Source: a virus (taxonomy: Duplodnaviria; Caudoviricetes). From it: a stretch of DNA of 28,022 nucleotides. Shown here in pieces: positions 26,865-28,022 of this stretch. The position numbers and the translations under genes are program-made. The stretch spans positions 1 to 28,022 of IMG/VR virus record IMGVR_UViG_3300020151_001173, one strand, 5' to 3'. The notes beneath the pieces were generated by a model. The model saw nothing but the letters and a program-made list of their open reading frames with translations. It did no database searches and was not told where the DNA came from. Numbering within the stretch: the first letter of the stretch is position 1; each line of letters starts with the position of its first letter.

Positions 26865-28022
26865 ATGGCTATTTGGAAAAAAACTACACAAGACTTTTTA
26901 GACCAAGAAAGAAGTCTTTTTGAAACTTTTAATATTGCAGACCACTGGGGAAACCAGACGGACTGGAGACCTCAATTTACCAACAACAACAGATTTAAAA
27001 TATCTCCATACCAAACAGTATTTTTTAACACCTTCCAGTATGGTAAAGAGACTGATGTATGGGATGAAAGAGTAGTTGGAGTTGGAACTGCAACATTTAA
27101 TGCAAATGCCAGTAATATTGTAATGCAAGTTGGTTCTACTGCTGGTAGTAAAATTGTTCGTCAAACCAAGAATGTAATGAGATACATTCCTGGTAGAGGA
27201 GCAACTCTTGCATTTGCAATTCGTCTTGATACTCCACAGGTAGGTATTCGCAGAAGATTTGGATTGTTTGATGAAAACAACGGTGTTTATTTTGAGGATG
27301 ATGGAGGAACATATTCTTATGTAATTCGCAGTAGTGTAACTGGAATTGTTACAGAAACAAGAGTGTACAGAGATGATTGGAATGGTGAAAAGTTTGATGG
27401 AAATGGTTGGACTGGAGTAACTGCAGATCCAACAAAACAACAAATGATTTCTATCAATTATGAATGGTATGGTGCAGGTATAATTCAATTTGCTTGGTTA
27501 ATGAAGAATGAGACTGTTGCATCTCATACTTTTGATAATGCAAATACCAATCCAGGAGTGTGGTGTTCTACTCCATTCTTACCAATTAGACTTGAGATAG
27601 AAAATGTAACTGGTGTTGCAGGAACTCATTATCTTTATCAAGGTTCTAATTCTCTGATTCAGGAAGGAGAACCAGAAAAACTTGGAACTCTTTTGAGTAT
27701 ATCCAATCCCATCACAGGGACAACGATGTCATCTGCAAATACATACTATCCAATTATAAGCATTCGTTTGAAATCCAATAATCTAACTGGTGTAATGCTC
27801 TTGAGATCATTGCAGGCAGCAACTGATGATAATACAAATGTTTATTGGCAACTTTTAGAAAATGCAACACTGACTGGAGGAACTTGGTTAAATCATCCCG
27901 ATCCAAACTCCTTTATGCAGTACAATATTACTCAAACTGCAGTGTCTGGTGGAAGTGATCTTTTGAGTGGTTTTGTGATTAATGGTAGTGGTGCTTTAGT
28001 TGATCTTGATGTTAGAGCAGCA
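26865..28022 (+). CDS. Beta-rich probable virion structural protein, 3'-truncated (>=386 aa; absent from the ORF track)
   Basis: Manual translation from ATG 26865 gives MAIWKKTTQDFLDQERSLFETFNIADHWG...RQTKNVMRYIPGR...RRRFGLFDENNGVYFE...WNGEKFDG...YEWYGAG...PFLPIRLEI. The frame is open to the window end. Confidence 0.8.
   Translation, partial: MAIWKKTTQDFLDQERSLFETFNIADHWGNQTDWRPQFTNNNRFKISPYQTVFFNTFQYGKETDVWDERVVGVGTATFNANASNIVMQVGSTAGSKIVRQTKNVMRYIPGRGATLAFAIRLDTPQVGIRRRFGLFDENNGVYFEDDGGTYSYVIRSSVTGIVTETRVYRDDWNGEKFDGNGWTGVTADPTKQQMISINYEWYGAGIIQFAWLMKNETVASHTFDNANTNPGVWCSTPFLPIRLEIENVTGVAGTHYLYQGSNSLIQEGEPEKLGTLLSISNPITGTTMSSANTYYPIISIRLKSNNLTGVMLLRSLQAATDDNTNVYWQLLENATLTGGTWLNHPDPNSFMQYNITQTAVSGGSDLLSGFVINGSGALVDLDVRAA

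Noticed and set aside
25404-27488. ORFs 25404, 25469, 26013, 26735 and the 196-aa minus-strand ORF 26898..27488
   Set aside because: They are shadows of g20, the CTS-protein gene and the 26865 gene.

Overview
This window is an AT-rich segment of a T4-like myovirus genome, most similar in organisation to cyanomyoviruses. All credible genes are on the + strand. The left ~17 kb is a tail-fibre/virion-adhesin island: a 5'-truncated repeat-rich fibre, a 526-aa beta-helix protein, a 3179-aa giant fibre and an 815-aa fibre with a peptidase S74 chaperone, plus small coiled-coil or assembly proteins. Next come a PAPS-type sulfotransferase and a 586-aa modular Cys/Lys-rich protein, followed by the core morphogenesis block g17-g18-g19-g20. 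The window ends with a gp67-like small protein, a protein starting with a T4-type capsid-targeting sequence, and a 3'-truncated probable virion protein. NATAAATA late promoters precede most transcription units. The most notable observations are: (i) a probable protease-processed internal-head polyprotein that shares a domain with the capsid-targeted protein; (ii) a late-expressed sulfotransferase beside fibres carrying dozens of NYSG repeats; (iii) four near-identical DNA repeats in the first fibre gene that show all four allele combinations. Domain names come from motif recognition by eye, with no database search.
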